The notes under the pieces: model-generated
The model's input: only the letters and a program-made list of their open reading frames with translations
The model's database searches: none
Told to the model about the DNA's origin: nothing
Part shown: positions 42,853 through 52,266 of the stretch, in pieces
Position numbering within the stretch: the stretch's first letter is position 1
Layout of the letters: every line of letters starts with the position of its first letter
DNA from: Acidimicrobiia bacterium
GTDB lineage: Bacteria > Actinomycetota > Acidimicrobiia > Spongiisociales > UBA5794
Assembly (NCBI GenBank): GCA_041581135.1
Contig: JBFGCM010000006.1
Span: 4,482 to 68,481, forward strand
DNA: 64,000 bases
Direction of reading: 5' to 3'
Translations under genes and position numbers: made by a program

Positions 42853-43203
42853 GTGCGAGCGTTCCATGAGAACTGGTTTTGGGTGGCCGTGATCTCGTGC
42901 GGCTCCATCGGCCTCTGGGGCCTGTTTCTGGCGATACGCAAGACGACGCCGTCGGTGCGCTTCTACTGGGGCCGTGCCTTCGCCATCGTGGCGATGCTGG
43001 TTCAGGTCGGCGCCGGTCTCGTGCTCTACGGGCAAGGCATCCGTCCCGACGCCTTCCACGTCTTCTACGGTGTCGTCATCGTGGTGACCTTCAGCTTCGC
43101 CTACGTGTACCGATCGCAGATGGCCAAACGACCTGCCCTCGCCTACGGGTTGCTGTTGCTCTTCGTCATGGGATTGGGAATTCGCGCCTTCACGACGGTG
43201 TGA
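42853..43203 (+). CDS. Small integral membrane protein (about 116 aa, 4 predicted TM helices)
   Basis: In-frame Val codon at 42853, just after the upstream stop (42843-42845). The sequence is hydrophobic throughout. Confidence 0.5.
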   Translation: MRAFHENWFWVAVISCGSIGLWGLFLAIRKTTPSVRFYWGRAFAIVAMLVQVGAGLVLYGQGIRPDAFHVFYGVVIVVTFSFAYVYRSQMAKRPALAYGLLLLFVMGLGIRAFTTV

Positions 43204-43255
43204 GATCGGGGCGAGCCGGGCCGATTTAGTCTTGCTGCCGACGCAGGAGGGCGGC

Positions 43256-44041
43256 ATGAACGCAAACGGGCTACTGGGCGGCAAGCGATTGGTCGTGACC
43301 GGAGTACTCACCGACGACTCCATCGCCTGGCACACCGCCAGAGTGGCCCAGGAGGCCGGTGCCGAGGTGGTGCTCACCGGGTTCGGGCGCGGCATCCGAC
43401 TCACCGAGCGGTCGGCGAAGCGGCTTCCGATCGAACCTCCGGTGCTCGAGCTCGACATCAACGATCCCGCCCACATGGAGGCGCTGGTCGCCGACCTCGA
43501 CGAGCGATGGGGCCGGATCGATGGTGCGCTCCATTCGATCGGCTTCGCTCCCGAGGACGCCCTGGGCGGCAACTTCCTCAAGACGCCGGCCGAGAGCGCC
43601 AGCACGGCGTTCGTGACGTCTGCGTTCTCCTACAAGACGCTCGCCGTCGGTCTCCTGCCTCTGATGTCGGCCGGGGGCTCGCTGGTCACCCTCGACTTCG
43701 ACAACGCCCAGGCATGGCCGGCTTATGACTGGATGGGGGTGGCGAAGTCCGCTCTCCAGTCCATCACCCGCTATCTGGCGCGCGACCTGGGGCCGCACGG
43801 AATCCGGGTCAATGCCGTCTCAGCAGGTCCGCTCGCTACGGTCGCCGCCAAGTCGATCCCCGGCTTCGAGCGCTTCCAAGAGGTGTGGAATGATCGCTCG
43901 CCGCTGCCGTGGGACACGACCGACCCCGAGCCTGTGGCGCGCATGGTGTGCCTGCTGCTGTCCGACTGGACCCCGATGACCTCCGGCGAGGTGATCCACG
44001 TCGACGGCGGGTTCCACGCGATCGCAGCCGGGTCTGACTGA
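43256..44041 (+). CDS. fabI: NADH-dependent enoyl-ACP reductase (FabI/InhA type)
   Basis: ATG at 43256 preceded by AGGAGG. Motifs GKRLVVTGVLTDDSIAW, HSIGFAP, YDWMGVAKSALQS, IRVNAVSAGP. Confidence 0.85.
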   Translation: MNANGLLGGKRLVVTGVLTDDSIAWHTARVAQEAGAEVVLTGFGRGIRLTERSAKRLPIEPPVLELDINDPAHMEALVADLDERWGRIDGALHSIGFAPEDALGGNFLKTPAESASTAFVTSAFSYKTLAVGLLPLMSAGGSLVTLDFDNAQAWPAYDWMGVAKSALQSITRYLARDLGPHGIRVNAVSAGPLATVAAKSIPGFERFQEVWNDRSPLPWDTTDPEPVARMVCLLLSDWTPMTSGEVIHVDGGFHAIAAGSD

Positions 44042-44044
44042 CGC

Positions 44045-45898
44045 TCAGACGCCCGTCACCTGCGCTTGACGCTGGTACATCTGGGCTCGACGGGTGAGCG
44101 CCACCGTGAAGGTTGCACCACCGCCGAGCGTCGGCTCGAACCACACCCTGCCCCCCATCGCCTCGGTGAGACCACGTACGATGGAGAGCCCCAACCCCGT
44201 TCCGCCCTGGACTCTCGTCTCGGCGTGGTCGACCTGCGTGAAGCGATCGAACACATGGTCGTGGAGCTCGTACGGGATGCCGGGCCCGTGGTCGATGACG
44301 GCCAGCCACACCTCGGAACCGCTCGTGAGGGCGCTCAGCTCGATGGTGCCGGGACCCGAGTACTTCAGGGCATTGGTGATGAGATTCGTGAGGATGCGGC
44401 GCAGGTGCTCGGGATCCGACTCGAACTCGTCGAGGTCGGGAGCCACGTCGACCACCACCCGATGGGCGGCCTCCGGGATGCTGTGCACCACGTCGGTCAG
44501 GAAGGGGCGAGCGTCGATGTGCTGGCTCCGCACCGGCAGCGCCTGATTGTCGAGTCGGGACACGACCAACAAGTCCTCGATGAGCACGCGCAGGCGGTCG
44601 GCCTGCTTCTCCGCAGTGGCCAACAGCTCGAGAGCGTTGGGATGAGTTGGTGCCAACTCGGGTCGTGCCAGTGTCTTGAGGCTGCCGATGATCGACGTGA
44701 GCGGTGTGCGAAGTTCGTGGCTGACCACCGACACGAAATCGGTCTTCAGCTGGGCGAGCTCGGCCGCCTTGGCGCCGGCCTCCTGGACCGCCTCGTACCG
44801 TGACATCTGGTTGAGGACGAGCGCACTCGGGGCGGCCAGGGACGTGAGCGTGTCCAGGTCGCGTGGGTGGAATTCGTTCTCTTCCTTGTCTGCGACCAGC
44901 AGCACCCCGATCTGGCGCGACTCGACTTGGAGTGGAACGGCGGCGACGCTCTCGGCGTCGAGGTCCGAGAGCAGGGTGTCCCGGATGCCGGACTCGGCGA
45001 GATCGTTGCTCATTGCCGGTTCGCCGGAGATGTAGACCTGTTGGGCGATGCCCTTCTCGGTGAGCAGCAAGAGATAGCCCTCGGCCCGCAGGGTGTGGCC
45101 GGCCACCCAGATCGGCGACATGACCTCGAGCGCCTGCTCGTCCCGCCGGTAGAGCAGTACGAGCCCGATCTTCGCTCCGACCACGTCGACGACGCGACCG
45201 ACCAGCTCGGGTAGCACCTCACTGAGGTTGCTGCCGGCGCCGATGGTGCGCGAGACCGCGTACATCTGCTCGAGCTGGGCCTCCTCGAGTTTCAACTCCG
45301 CCTCACGCTCCTCGAGCTGGCGGAGTCGCGCCGCCGCCCCTACCAACAGGCGGCTGAGCCCGCGGCCGAGGACGATCGTCGCCAGACACGCCGCTGCCAG
45401 CGCGCCTGTGCGGAGGGCCAGCTCGCCTGAGGTGAGCATCGTTTCGTCCGCCATCGAAGCCAGCAGGTAGCCGCCCACGGCCACCATCGAGATCGCTGTC
45501 AGGTAGAACGGTCCCAGGAGCTGGGCTGCCGAGAACACCACCACCAACGCGAACAGCACCACGATGGGAGGCTCGGTGCGGAACTCTTGGCCGGCAACCA
45601 TGCCGATGACGCCGGCGGACGCCCAGACGACGAGCAGCGCGTCGCTGAGGGGGTGTTCGAGCAACCGACTCCAGGGCAGGAAGGTGAGGACCACCAGCAG
45701 TGTCGCCAGAAGGCTCACCGGAATCCACACGCGGCTGTCGTCGAGTCCGTAGGTCAGGTGGCCGCCAAGAGCGAGCACGGCAATGCCCGTCCACGACAGC
45801 AAGAGGCCGAGCCGCACCAGGTTCGTCCGGAAATCGACGAACTGGTGCCGGTCCGACGAGCGCTCATCCGCCGCCGAATAGCTGTCGGTTTCGGTCAT
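44045..45898 (-). CDS. Membrane sensor histidine kinase with GAF domain
   Basis: About 190-aa multi-TM N-terminus, a GAF-like middle, HisKA SHELRTPLTSIIGSL, HATPase N/G boxes (LTNLITNALKY, DHGPGIP, GTGLGLSIV). No adjacent response regulator. Confidence 0.8.
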   Translation of the reverse strand: MTETDSYSAADERSSDRHQFVDFRTNLVRLGLLLSWTGIAVLALGGHLTYGLDDSRVWIPVSLLATLLVVLTFLPWSRLLEHPLSDALLVVWASAGVIGMVAGQEFRTEPPIVVLFALVVVFSAAQLLGPFYLTAISMVAVGGYLLASMADETMLTSGELALRTGALAAACLATIVLGRGLSRLLVGAAARLRQLEEREAELKLEEAQLEQMYAVSRTIGAGSNLSEVLPELVGRVVDVVGAKIGLVLLYRRDEQALEVMSPIWVAGHTLRAEGYLLLLTEKGIAQQVYISGEPAMSNDLAESGIRDTLLSDLDAESVAAVPLQVESRQIGVLLVADKEENEFHPRDLDTLTSLAAPSALVLNQMSRYEAVQEAGAKAAELAQLKTDFVSVVSHELRTPLTSIIGSLKTLARPELAPTHPNALELLATAEKQADRLRVLIEDLLVVSRLDNQALPVRSQHIDARPFLTDVVHSIPEAAHRVVVDVAPDLDEFESDPEHLRRILTNLITNALKYSGPGTIELSALTSGSEVWLAVIDHGPGIPYELHDHVFDRFTQVDHAETRVQGGTGLGLSIVRGLTEAMGGRVWFEPTLGGGATFTVALTRRAQMYQRQAQVTGV

Positions 45899-45918
45899 GT
45901 GGGCGGTATTCTCCCGCT

Positions 45919-46935
45919 ATGTCCAGGGTCTTGGTCTTATTCGGCGGAAGGTCCGCCGAGCATGAGGTGTCTTGTGTCTCGTCCGTAGCCGTCGTGGCGG
46001 CGCTCCAGCAGGCCGGACACCGCGTCACTGCCGTCGGCCTCGATCGGTCCGGTGGATGGCATCTCGCCGACACCACCCGTTCTCCGTTGGTTGCCGATGG
46101 CCCGGAAGCCACCTTCGAGATCCCCTCCGGTGTGGTTCGCACCCCAGAGGAAATGGTGCCGTTCGACGTGGTGTTTCCCGTACTGCATGGTCCTTACGGT
46201 GAGGACGGCACCATACAAGGTGCGTTCGAGATGGCCGGCGTGCCGTTCGTCGGCTGCGGTGTGCTCGCCTCTGCCGTCGCCATGGACAAGGACGTCGCCA
46301 AGCGGCTATTCACCCAAGCCGGGCTCGCCACGGCCCGCTGGGAGGTGGCCCGTCACGACGACTTCACGAGCGATCCCGGTGGCACCGTGCGTCGCCTCGT
46401 CGCCGCGGTCGGTCTCCCCATGTTCATCAAGCCGGCGGCCTTGGGCTCGTCCGTGGGGGTGACCAAGGCCCTCATGGAAGCCGACGTCAAAGATGGCCTC
46501 GAGGTGGCGTTGGGACACGGCGCCAAGGTGATCGTCGAGGAGGCCGTGGTGGGTCGCGAGATCGAGGTCGCGGTGCTGGAGGGTCCCCGAGCCTCGGTAG
46601 CCGGCGAGATCAGCCTCGGTGCCGAGTGGTACGACTACGACGCCAAGTACGTCGACGAGACCAGCCGCTTCGTGGTTCCGGCCCGGCTCACCGAACCACA
46701 GATGGCGGAGGTGCGTCTCGCCGCCGAGCGGGCGTTCACGGCACTCGAGTGCACCGGTCTCGCCCGCGTCGACTTCTTCTTCGAGGAGAACGGGCGCGGC
46801 TTCCTCATCAACGAGGTCAACACCATGCCCGGCTTCACTCCCATATCTGGGTTTCCTGCCATGTGGGCGGCGTCAGGTATGAGCTACGAGGAGCTCTGCG
46901 ACGAGTTGGTGCGGCTGGCGCTGGCGCGTCAGTGA
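45919..46935 (+). CDS. ddl: D-alanine--D-alanine ligase
   Basis: ATG at 45919 (MSRVLVLFGGRSAEHEVS). Motifs PVLHGPYGEDGTIQG, FIKPAALGSSVG, NEVNTMPGFT. Confidence 0.9.
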   Translation: MSRVLVLFGGRSAEHEVSCVSSVAVVAALQQAGHRVTAVGLDRSGGWHLADTTRSPLVADGPEATFEIPSGVVRTPEEMVPFDVVFPVLHGPYGEDGTIQGAFEMAGVPFVGCGVLASAVAMDKDVAKRLFTQAGLATARWEVARHDDFTSDPGGTVRRLVAAVGLPMFIKPAALGSSVGVTKALMEADVKDGLEVALGHGAKVIVEEAVVGREIEVAVLEGPRASVAGEISLGAEWYDYDAKYVDETSRFVVPARLTEPQMAEVRLAAERAFTALECTGLARVDFFFEENGRGFLINEVNTMPGFTPISGFPAMWAASGMSYEELCDELVRLALARQ

Positions 46936-46951
46936 ACCGAGCGGCTTGCCG

Positions 46952-47185
46952 CTAGAGCTTCACCACCGGGCAGGTGAGTGTGCGCGTGATGCCTTCGATG
47001 GCCTGAATCCGCGCCACCACGAGCTGGCCGAGGGCGTCGACGTCCTCGGCTTCTGTCTGGACGATGGCGTCGTAAGGGCCGGTGACCGCGTGCGCCGACG
47101 TCACGCCGGAAATCGCGCCCACCTGCTGGGCGACGTCCGCGGCCTTGCCGACTTCGGTTTGGATCAGGATGAACGCCTGTACCAA
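46952..47185 (-). CDS. Lrp/AsnC ligand-binding-domain-only small protein
   Basis: 77 aa, TTG start preceded by AAAGGAGAG. FILIQTEVGKAADVAQQVGAISGVTSAHAVTGPYDAIV fits the AsnC_trans_reg domain. Confidence 0.7.
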   Translation of the reverse strand: MVQAFILIQTEVGKAADVAQQVGAISGVTSAHAVTGPYDAIVQTEAEDVDALGQLVVARIQAIEGITRTLTCPVVKL

Positions 47186-47197
47186 GCCCTCTCCTTT

Positions 47198-47222
47198 CGT
47201 AGGTGTCGAGATACTACCTACG
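47198..47222 (-). other. Inter-cistronic stem-loop CGTAGGT, 11 nt, ACCTACG
   Basis: Perfect 7-bp inverted repeat immediately upstream of the SD of the AsnC-like gene and downstream of the 70-aa gene. Confidence 0.35.
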
Positions 47223-47248
47223 TGCCGACGCCACGGCTCGGTGACGTA

Positions 47249-47461
47249 TCAGTAGCCGTCGACGCCGAGCCGAAGCCGGTGGGCGACCGGGGAGCCGTCT
47301 TCGTCCTTGACGTCGAAGATGATCCGTTGGCCCTGCCGCAGCGTGCGAAAGACGGAGTCGTTGAGGGAGCCGGGTGCCAGCAGGACCTCGCTGCGGTCGT
47401 CGTCGCGCACCACGATGCCAACGCCGGTGACGGGGTCGTAGACCTTCACGACTCCCTGCAT
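47249..47461 (-). CDS. Small cold-shock-domain-like protein (70 aa)
   Basis: GVVKVYDPVTGVGIVVRDDD...VLLAPGSL...LRQGQRIIFDV follows the CSD beta-barrel pattern but lacks a canonical RNP1 motif. Confidence 0.5.
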   Translation of the reverse strand: MQGVVKVYDPVTGVGIVVRDDDRSEVLLAPGSLNDSVFRTLRQGQRIIFDVKDEDGSPVAHRLRLGVDGY

Positions 47462-47464
47462 GTG

Positions 47465-47653
47465 TCAGACCTTCTCGATCTTGCCTGCTTTGATGCAGGA
47501 GGTGCACACCCTGATGCGCTTGGAATTGCTGCCATGGCGCACCCGCACGCGCTGGATGTTCGGCAGCCAGCGGCGGCTGGAGCGCTTGTGGGAGAAACTG
47601 ACTTGCTTGCCGACCCACGGCTCTTTGCCGCAGACCTCGCATCGGTATGCCAT
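47465..47653 (-). CDS. rpmB: 50S ribosomal protein L28
   Basis: The last 62 aa of the track ORF: MAYRCEVCGKEPWVGKQVSFSHKRSSRRWLPNIQRVRV... AGGAGG-like SD upstream. Confidence 0.9.
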   Translation of the reverse strand: MAYRCEVCGKEPWVGKQVSFSHKRSSRRWLPNIQRVRVRHGSNSKRIRVCTSCIKAGKIEKV

Positions 47654-47746
47654 GAGACCTCCTGAGGCGGCCGGCAGGATAGCAGCGGCCTGCCATACGG
47701 CGAGCCGAGATCCGAGCGACGTACCTCCGCGGCGAGGGCGGAGACG

Positions 47747-49909
47747 ATGAGAACGCTCGCCTATCTCGCCACGATTCCGACCAGCCGTGTAAAGGGCCTC
47801 GCCGGCAAGCGTGCCCAGAGCCTCGCCGAGGCGGGTATCACCTCGGTCGCCGATCTCATCCTGCACGCGCCTCGGCGATACCTGGACCGTTCGAGGCTCT
47901 TCGATCTCGGCGCGGCGCCGCTCGGGGAGGAGGTCACCGTCGGCGGCACGGTGAAATCGGTGTCGACCCGGCGCGCCCGTCGCAACCTCACCATCGTGCA
48001 GGCGGTCATCTACGACGGCACGTCCGTGCTGGAAGCCGTGTGGTTCAACCAGGCGTTCCGTGCCCGTCAGCTCAGCGAAGGGGCCGAGGTGGCGCTCTCG
48101 GGCAAGATCGACAGGTATCGGGGGAAGCTCCGCATGAGCTCGCCGGCGGTGGACGTGTTGAACACCCCGACGCAATCGCTCCTCACCGGGAGGGTGGTGC
48201 CCATCCATCCCGGTGTCGGCGGGATCTCACCCGGACACCTTCGGCGCGCCATCCACAACGCCGTGAGGCGCTCAGTTCCGCTGGCAGACCCGCTGCCCGC
48301 CGAATTGGTGGAACGGCTCGGGCTGGTCACTCGCAGCACGGCGATCAGCAACGTGCACTTCCCGGAGACCATCGAGGAGGCGGATGAGGCCCGAGAGCGT
48401 CTGGTGTTCGACGAGCTGTTCCGCCTCGAGGTGGCGCTGGCGCTGCGCAAGCACCGTCAGATCCAAGAGGCCGAGGGCGTCGCCCACGAGGTGGACGGTC
48501 CGCTCGTGGCCAAGTTCGTGGCGGCGCTCCCTTACGAGCTGACCGGCGCTCAGCGCAGGGCGATCGACGAGATCCAGCGCGACCTCGCCGTGCCGCATCC
48601 GATGCACCGGCTGCTCCAGGGCGAGGTCGGTTCCGGCAAGACGGTGGTTGCGGTCTCCGCGTTGCTCACGGGTATCCAAGGCGGCTACCAAGGAGCGGTC
48701 ATGGCCCCCACCGAGGTGCTCGCCGAGCAGCACTTCATGGGCATCACCGATCTCCTCGCGGAGGCAGGCATGGCGGCGGCACCGCTGGCAGCCGACGGCA
48801 CCGCGTCGCTCTTCGATGCCGGCGGCGGTGAAGCGACGGTGACGGTGGCGTTGCTCACCGGATCCTCGGCGCGGCTCACGTCCCGCCCCGACGCCTCTCG
48901 AGACGAGGTGGCCGGCGCCATCCACTCCGGTGCGGCCCACCTCGTGGTCGGAACCCATGCCCTCATCCAGGACGCCGTGTCGTTCCACCGGCTCGGCATC
49001 GCCGTCGTCGACGAGCAACACCGCTTCGGGGTGTTTCAGCGTGTCCAGTTACGAGAGAAGGGCACCGGCTACGACCCTGATCTGCTGATCATGACGGCGA
49101 CTCCCATCCCGCGGACGCTCTCCATGACTCTGTACGGCGATCTCGACGTGACGCTCCTCGACGAGATGCCGCCGGGACGCACTCCCGTCGAGACGCGGCA
49201 CGTGACCCGAGCTGAGCTCGATGCGGTGTACGACCTCATCCGCGACGAGGTCGCCGCCGGCCGTCAGGTGTTCGTCGTGTGCCCGCTCGTCGACGACAGC
49301 GAGAAGCTCCAAGCGGCGTCTGCGACGGCCGAGTACGAACGCCTTCAGGGCGTGTTGGCGGGGCTGCGTCTGGGACTGATCCATGGACAGCTGCGCCCTG
49401 CCGACAAGGAGGCGGTCATGGCGGCGTTTCGCAGCCGCGAGCTCGATGTGCTGGTAGCCACCACCGTCATCGAGGTCGGTATCGACATTCCGAATGCAAC
49501 GGTCATGGTCATCGAAGACGCCGATAGGTTTGGTCTCAGCCAGCTCCACCAGCTGCGCGGCAGGGTGGGACGAGGTGCCCATGCCGCGACGTGCGTCCTC
49601 GTCGCCGAGCCCACCACACCCGAGGGCGAGGCCCGCGTCGCTGCCATGGTCGCCACCACCGATGGGTTTCGCTTGGCCGAGGAGGACCTTCGTATCCGAG
49701 GTCAGGGCACCGTCTTCGGTGCACGGCAGGCGGGTATGGCGGACCTCCGCCTCGCCGACATCCTCCGGGATGCCGACGCCCTGGTCACGGCACGTAACGA
49801 GGCCTTCGGCCTGGTCGCAGCCGACCCCGACCTGTCGGCCCATCCCCAGATAAGGGAAGAGGTGCGAGCCTTGCTGGGAGAGGATGTCGAGTGGTTGTTC
49901 ATCTCGTGA
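47747..49909 (+). CDS. recG: ATP-dependent DNA helicase RecG
   Basis: 720 aa. Wedge domain, LQGEVGSGKTVVA, VVDEQHRFGV, TATPIPRTL, QLHQLRGRVGRG. Confidence 0.9.
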   Translation: MRTLAYLATIPTSRVKGLAGKRAQSLAEAGITSVADLILHAPRRYLDRSRLFDLGAAPLGEEVTVGGTVKSVSTRRARRNLTIVQAVIYDGTSVLEAVWFNQAFRARQLSEGAEVALSGKIDRYRGKLRMSSPAVDVLNTPTQSLLTGRVVPIHPGVGGISPGHLRRAIHNAVRRSVPLADPLPAELVERLGLVTRSTAISNVHFPETIEEADEARERLVFDELFRLEVALALRKHRQIQEAEGVAHEVDGPLVAKFVAALPYELTGAQRRAIDEIQRDLAVPHPMHRLLQGEVGSGKTVVAVSALLTGIQGGYQGAVMAPTEVLAEQHFMGITDLLAEAGMAAAPLAADGTASLFDAGGGEATVTVALLTGSSARLTSRPDASRDEVAGAIHSGAAHLVVGTHALIQDAVSFHRLGIAVVDEQHRFGVFQRVQLREKGTGYDPDLLIMTATPIPRTLSMTLYGDLDVTLLDEMPPGRTPVETRHVTRAELDAVYDLIRDEVAAGRQVFVVCPLVDDSEKLQAASATAEYERLQGVLAGLRLGLIHGQLRPADKEAVMAAFRSRELDVLVATTVIEVGIDIPNATVMVIEDADRFGLSQLHQLRGRVGRGAHAATCVLVAEPTTPEGEARVAAMVATTDGFRLAEEDLRIRGQGTVFGARQAGMADLRLADILRDADALVTARNEAFGLVAADPDLSAHPQIREEVRALLGEDVEWLFIS

Positions 49910-49949
49910 ATGGTGATCCGGTGCCCGGTCCCCCGGACCCTTCAGTGTC

Positions 49950-50498
49950 GTGCGGGTGATCGCCGGCACGGCTAAGGGCAGGCGCCTGGTCGGGCCGAGA
50001 GGGCGGGACACGCGCCCGTTCATGGACCGGGTCAAGGAGGCGCTCTTCTCGTCCCTGGGTCAGCGGGTGCGGCACGCACGCGTGCTCGATCTCTACGCCG
50101 GGAGCGGATCCCTCGGGTTGGAGGCGCTGAGCAGAGGGGCCGAGTCCGCCGTGTTCGTCGAGTGGGACGAGGCGGCCCTCGCCGCGCTCGAAGCCAACAT
50201 CGATGCGGTCGGGCTCGGAGGCCAGGTGGTTCGGTCTGATGTGATGGCGTATCTCGATGCTGCGTCGGAAAGGGAGGGCGACTATGACCTCGTGTTCGTT
50301 GACCCTCCCTACGACGCGCCGCTAGCGTCCGTGGAGGCGGTGCTCGCCGGCCTGGTCGGGATGCTCGGTGACGGGGCCAGAGTGGTCCTGCACCGTCGCG
50401 CCGGAGGCCCGGCGGCGGCGTTCCCCGCTGGGCTTCGGCTGGTCGATCGACGTCGATACGGCGACGCCGAGTTGTGGCTGTATGAGGAGTGCGAGTGA
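49950..50498 (+). CDS. rsmD: 16S rRNA (guanine966-N2)-methyltransferase RsmD
   Basis: MRVIAGTAKGRRL, LDLYAGSGSLGLEALSRGA, FVDPPY. Confidence 0.85.
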   Translation: MRVIAGTAKGRRLVGPRGRDTRPFMDRVKEALFSSLGQRVRHARVLDLYAGSGSLGLEALSRGAESAVFVEWDEAALAALEANIDAVGLGGQVVRSDVMAYLDAASEREGDYDLVFVDPPYDAPLASVEAVLAGLVGMLGDGARVVLHRRAGGPAAAFPAGLRLVDRRRYGDAELWLYEECE

Positions 50499-50971
50499 TA
50501 TCAGCCCTGGTTCCGGGGAGTTTCGATCCTCCCACCAACGGGCACATCGACGTGATCGCGCGATGTGCCAGCGTCTTCGGCAGGGTGCTGGTCGCCGTCG
50601 TCCAGAACCCGAGCAAGGACCCCTTGTTCTCTGCCGACGAGCGGGTCGCATTGCTCGAAGAGTCGTTGGAGGAATGGGACAACGTCGAGGTGGAGGCCTT
50701 CACGGGCCTCCTCGTGGATTTCGCAGCGGCTCGTGACATGTCAGTGATCGTCAAGGGACTGCGGGCGATGACGGATTTCGACTACGAGCTGCAGATGGCG
50801 CAGATGAACCGGCAATTGACGGGCATCACGACGCTCTTCGTGGCCACCAAGCCCGAGTACGGTTACCTGTCGTCGTCGCTGGTGAAGCAGGTGGCACGAT
50901 TGGGAGGGAGGGTCGCCGACATGCTGCCGATGAACGTGGCCAAGGCGCTGGACGAGAAGCTCGGCTCATGA
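50489..50971 (+). CDS. coaD: Phosphopantetheine adenylyltransferase
   Basis: PGSFDPPTNGHIDVI, VKGLRAMTDFDYELQMAQMN, SSSLVK. Confidence 0.9.
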   Translation: MRVISALVPGSFDPPTNGHIDVIARCASVFGRVLVAVVQNPSKDPLFSADERVALLEESLEEWDNVEVEAFTGLLVDFAAARDMSVIVKGLRAMTDFDYELQMAQMNRQLTGITTLFVATKPEYGYLSSSLVKQVARLGGRVADMLPMNVAKALDEKLGS

Positions 50972-51480
50972 CCGACGCGCCGCAAGGTCCGCCTCCGATC
51001 CCCGGTGAGTTTCTCGACATGTTCGAGGAGCTCATTCAGTACGTCGAGGAGGCTCGCACCATCCCACTGTCCAAGAACGTGGTGTTGGAGAAGGACGACC
51101 TCATCGCCCGGCTCGATCATCTCAAGCGCCTGCTTCCCGAGGAGCTGCGTGCAGCCCGCTGGATGGTGCGGCGACGCGAGGCCTACAAGGCCGAGAACGA
51201 AGAGAAGGCCAGGTCGATCCTCATGTCGGCCCGGCAGCGGGCGGACGAGATGGTGGCGGAGTCGTCCATCGTCAATGAAGCGGTCGAGGAGGCCAATCGG
51301 CTGGTCCGTAACGCCGAGGCCGAGGCGGCGCGGGTACGGCTCGAGGCCGAGGACCTCGCCGAGGCCCGCCTCAGCGAGGCAGAGACGATCCTCGGTGAGT
51401 TGCTCCAAGAGGTGCGCGACGCACGCGCCGAGTTGCACCGTCCACAGCCGGCTGCACCGGAACCACCGATCTCGCAATAG
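50968..51480 (+). CDS. Coiled-coil protein, possibly the SepIVA/Rv2927c-like DivIVA-related family
   Basis: 170 aa. FLDMFEELIQYVEEARTIPLSKNVVLEKDDL...LPEELRAARW followed by an Ala/Glu-rich coiled coil. It occupies the position between coaD and yceD. The family assignment is from memory of the mycobacterial homolog. Confidence 0.45.
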   Translation: MTDAPQGPPPIPGEFLDMFEELIQYVEEARTIPLSKNVVLEKDDLIARLDHLKRLLPEELRAARWMVRRREAYKAENEEKARSILMSARQRADEMVAESSIVNEAVEEANRLVRNAEAEAARVRLEAEDLAEARLSEAETILGELLQEVRDARAELHRPQPAAPEPPISQ

Positions 51481-51547
51481 CCTGGCTGGCCGGGTGCGGT
51501 CCGACACAGAGATCGGGTGCTACGGCGGAGCCCTAACATCGGCCCCC

Positions 51548-52066
51548 GTGGCCGACGACACTCCGTTCCGTGTTCCCGTGTCCGACCTCCTCCGCCGACC
51601 CGGATCGTCTCGGGTCGTCGTGGTGGATGCGCCGGCCGGCTTTCGTGTGCAGTTGTCGAGGATGGCTCCCGACTCGACCATCCGAGCCGAGCTCGAGCTG
51701 TCTTCGATGTCTGGCGGCATCTTCGCCCGCGGTCCGGTGACCTACCGAGTGGTCCACAGCTGCAGCCGATGCCTGACGGAGCGCACCGAGACCAACACGA
51801 TCCGCGTAGCCCAGTTGTTCGCAGACGACGATGCCGACGACATCGACTACCGCATCGAGGGTGAGGAGATCGATCTCGAACCGATGCTGCGCGACGAGAT
51901 CATTCTGGATTGGCCGATCTCACCGTCATGCGGGGACGCCTGCGAGGGACTTGGTTCTGAGGCGGAAAGCGACTTGAATGACACGTCTCTCCGGGAGGAA
52001 TCGCCATTTGCGGCTCTGCGCGACCTCCTGCCAGAGGCTCCGTCGACCGATCCGGTTGAGGACTGA
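51548..52066 (+). CDS. yceD: YceD family (DUF177) protein
   Basis: In-frame Val codon at 51548 (residue 182 of the track ORF). Motifs CSRCL...EIDLEPMLRDEIILDWPISPSCGDAC. Lies immediately upstream of rpmF, as is usual. Confidence 0.75.
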   Translation: MADDTPFRVPVSDLLRRPGSSRVVVVDAPAGFRVQLSRMAPDSTIRAELELSSMSGGIFARGPVTYRVVHSCSRCLTERTETNTIRVAQLFADDDADDIDYRIEGEEIDLEPMLRDEIILDWPISPSCGDACEGLGSEAESDLNDTSLREESPFAALRDLLPEAPSTDPVED

Positions 52067-52080
52067 GCGAAAGAGGACCC

Positions 52081-52257
52081 ATGGCGGTACCCAAGAAAAA
52101 GATGTCGCGTTCCCGCACCCGCCGCAGGCAGGCGCAATGGAAGGTGTCCGCACCGCGCACAACCAAGTGCCCGCAGTGCAGCGCGCCCAAACTTCCCCAT
52201 CGGGCGTGTGCCGAGTGTGGCACCTACAAGGGGCGTGAAGTCCTGCCAGAGGCGTAG
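52081..52257 (+). CDS. rpmF: 50S ribosomal protein L32
   Basis: Not in the track (58 aa). Hand translation: MAVPKKKMSRSRTRRRQAQWKVSAPRTTKCPQCSAPKLPHRACAECGTYKGREVLPEA*. Confidence 0.9.
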   Translation: MAVPKKKMSRSRTRRRQAQWKVSAPRTTKCPQCSAPKLPHRACAECGTYKGREVLPEA

Positions 52258-52266
52258 AGGCGCGCC

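Noticed and set aside
42081-43203. Prophage or mobile-element remnant around the DUF867 gene
   Set aside because: No integrase, transposase, att-like repeats, tRNA target or compositional shift was seen, and the flanking genes are housekeeping (rRNA methyltransferase, fabI).
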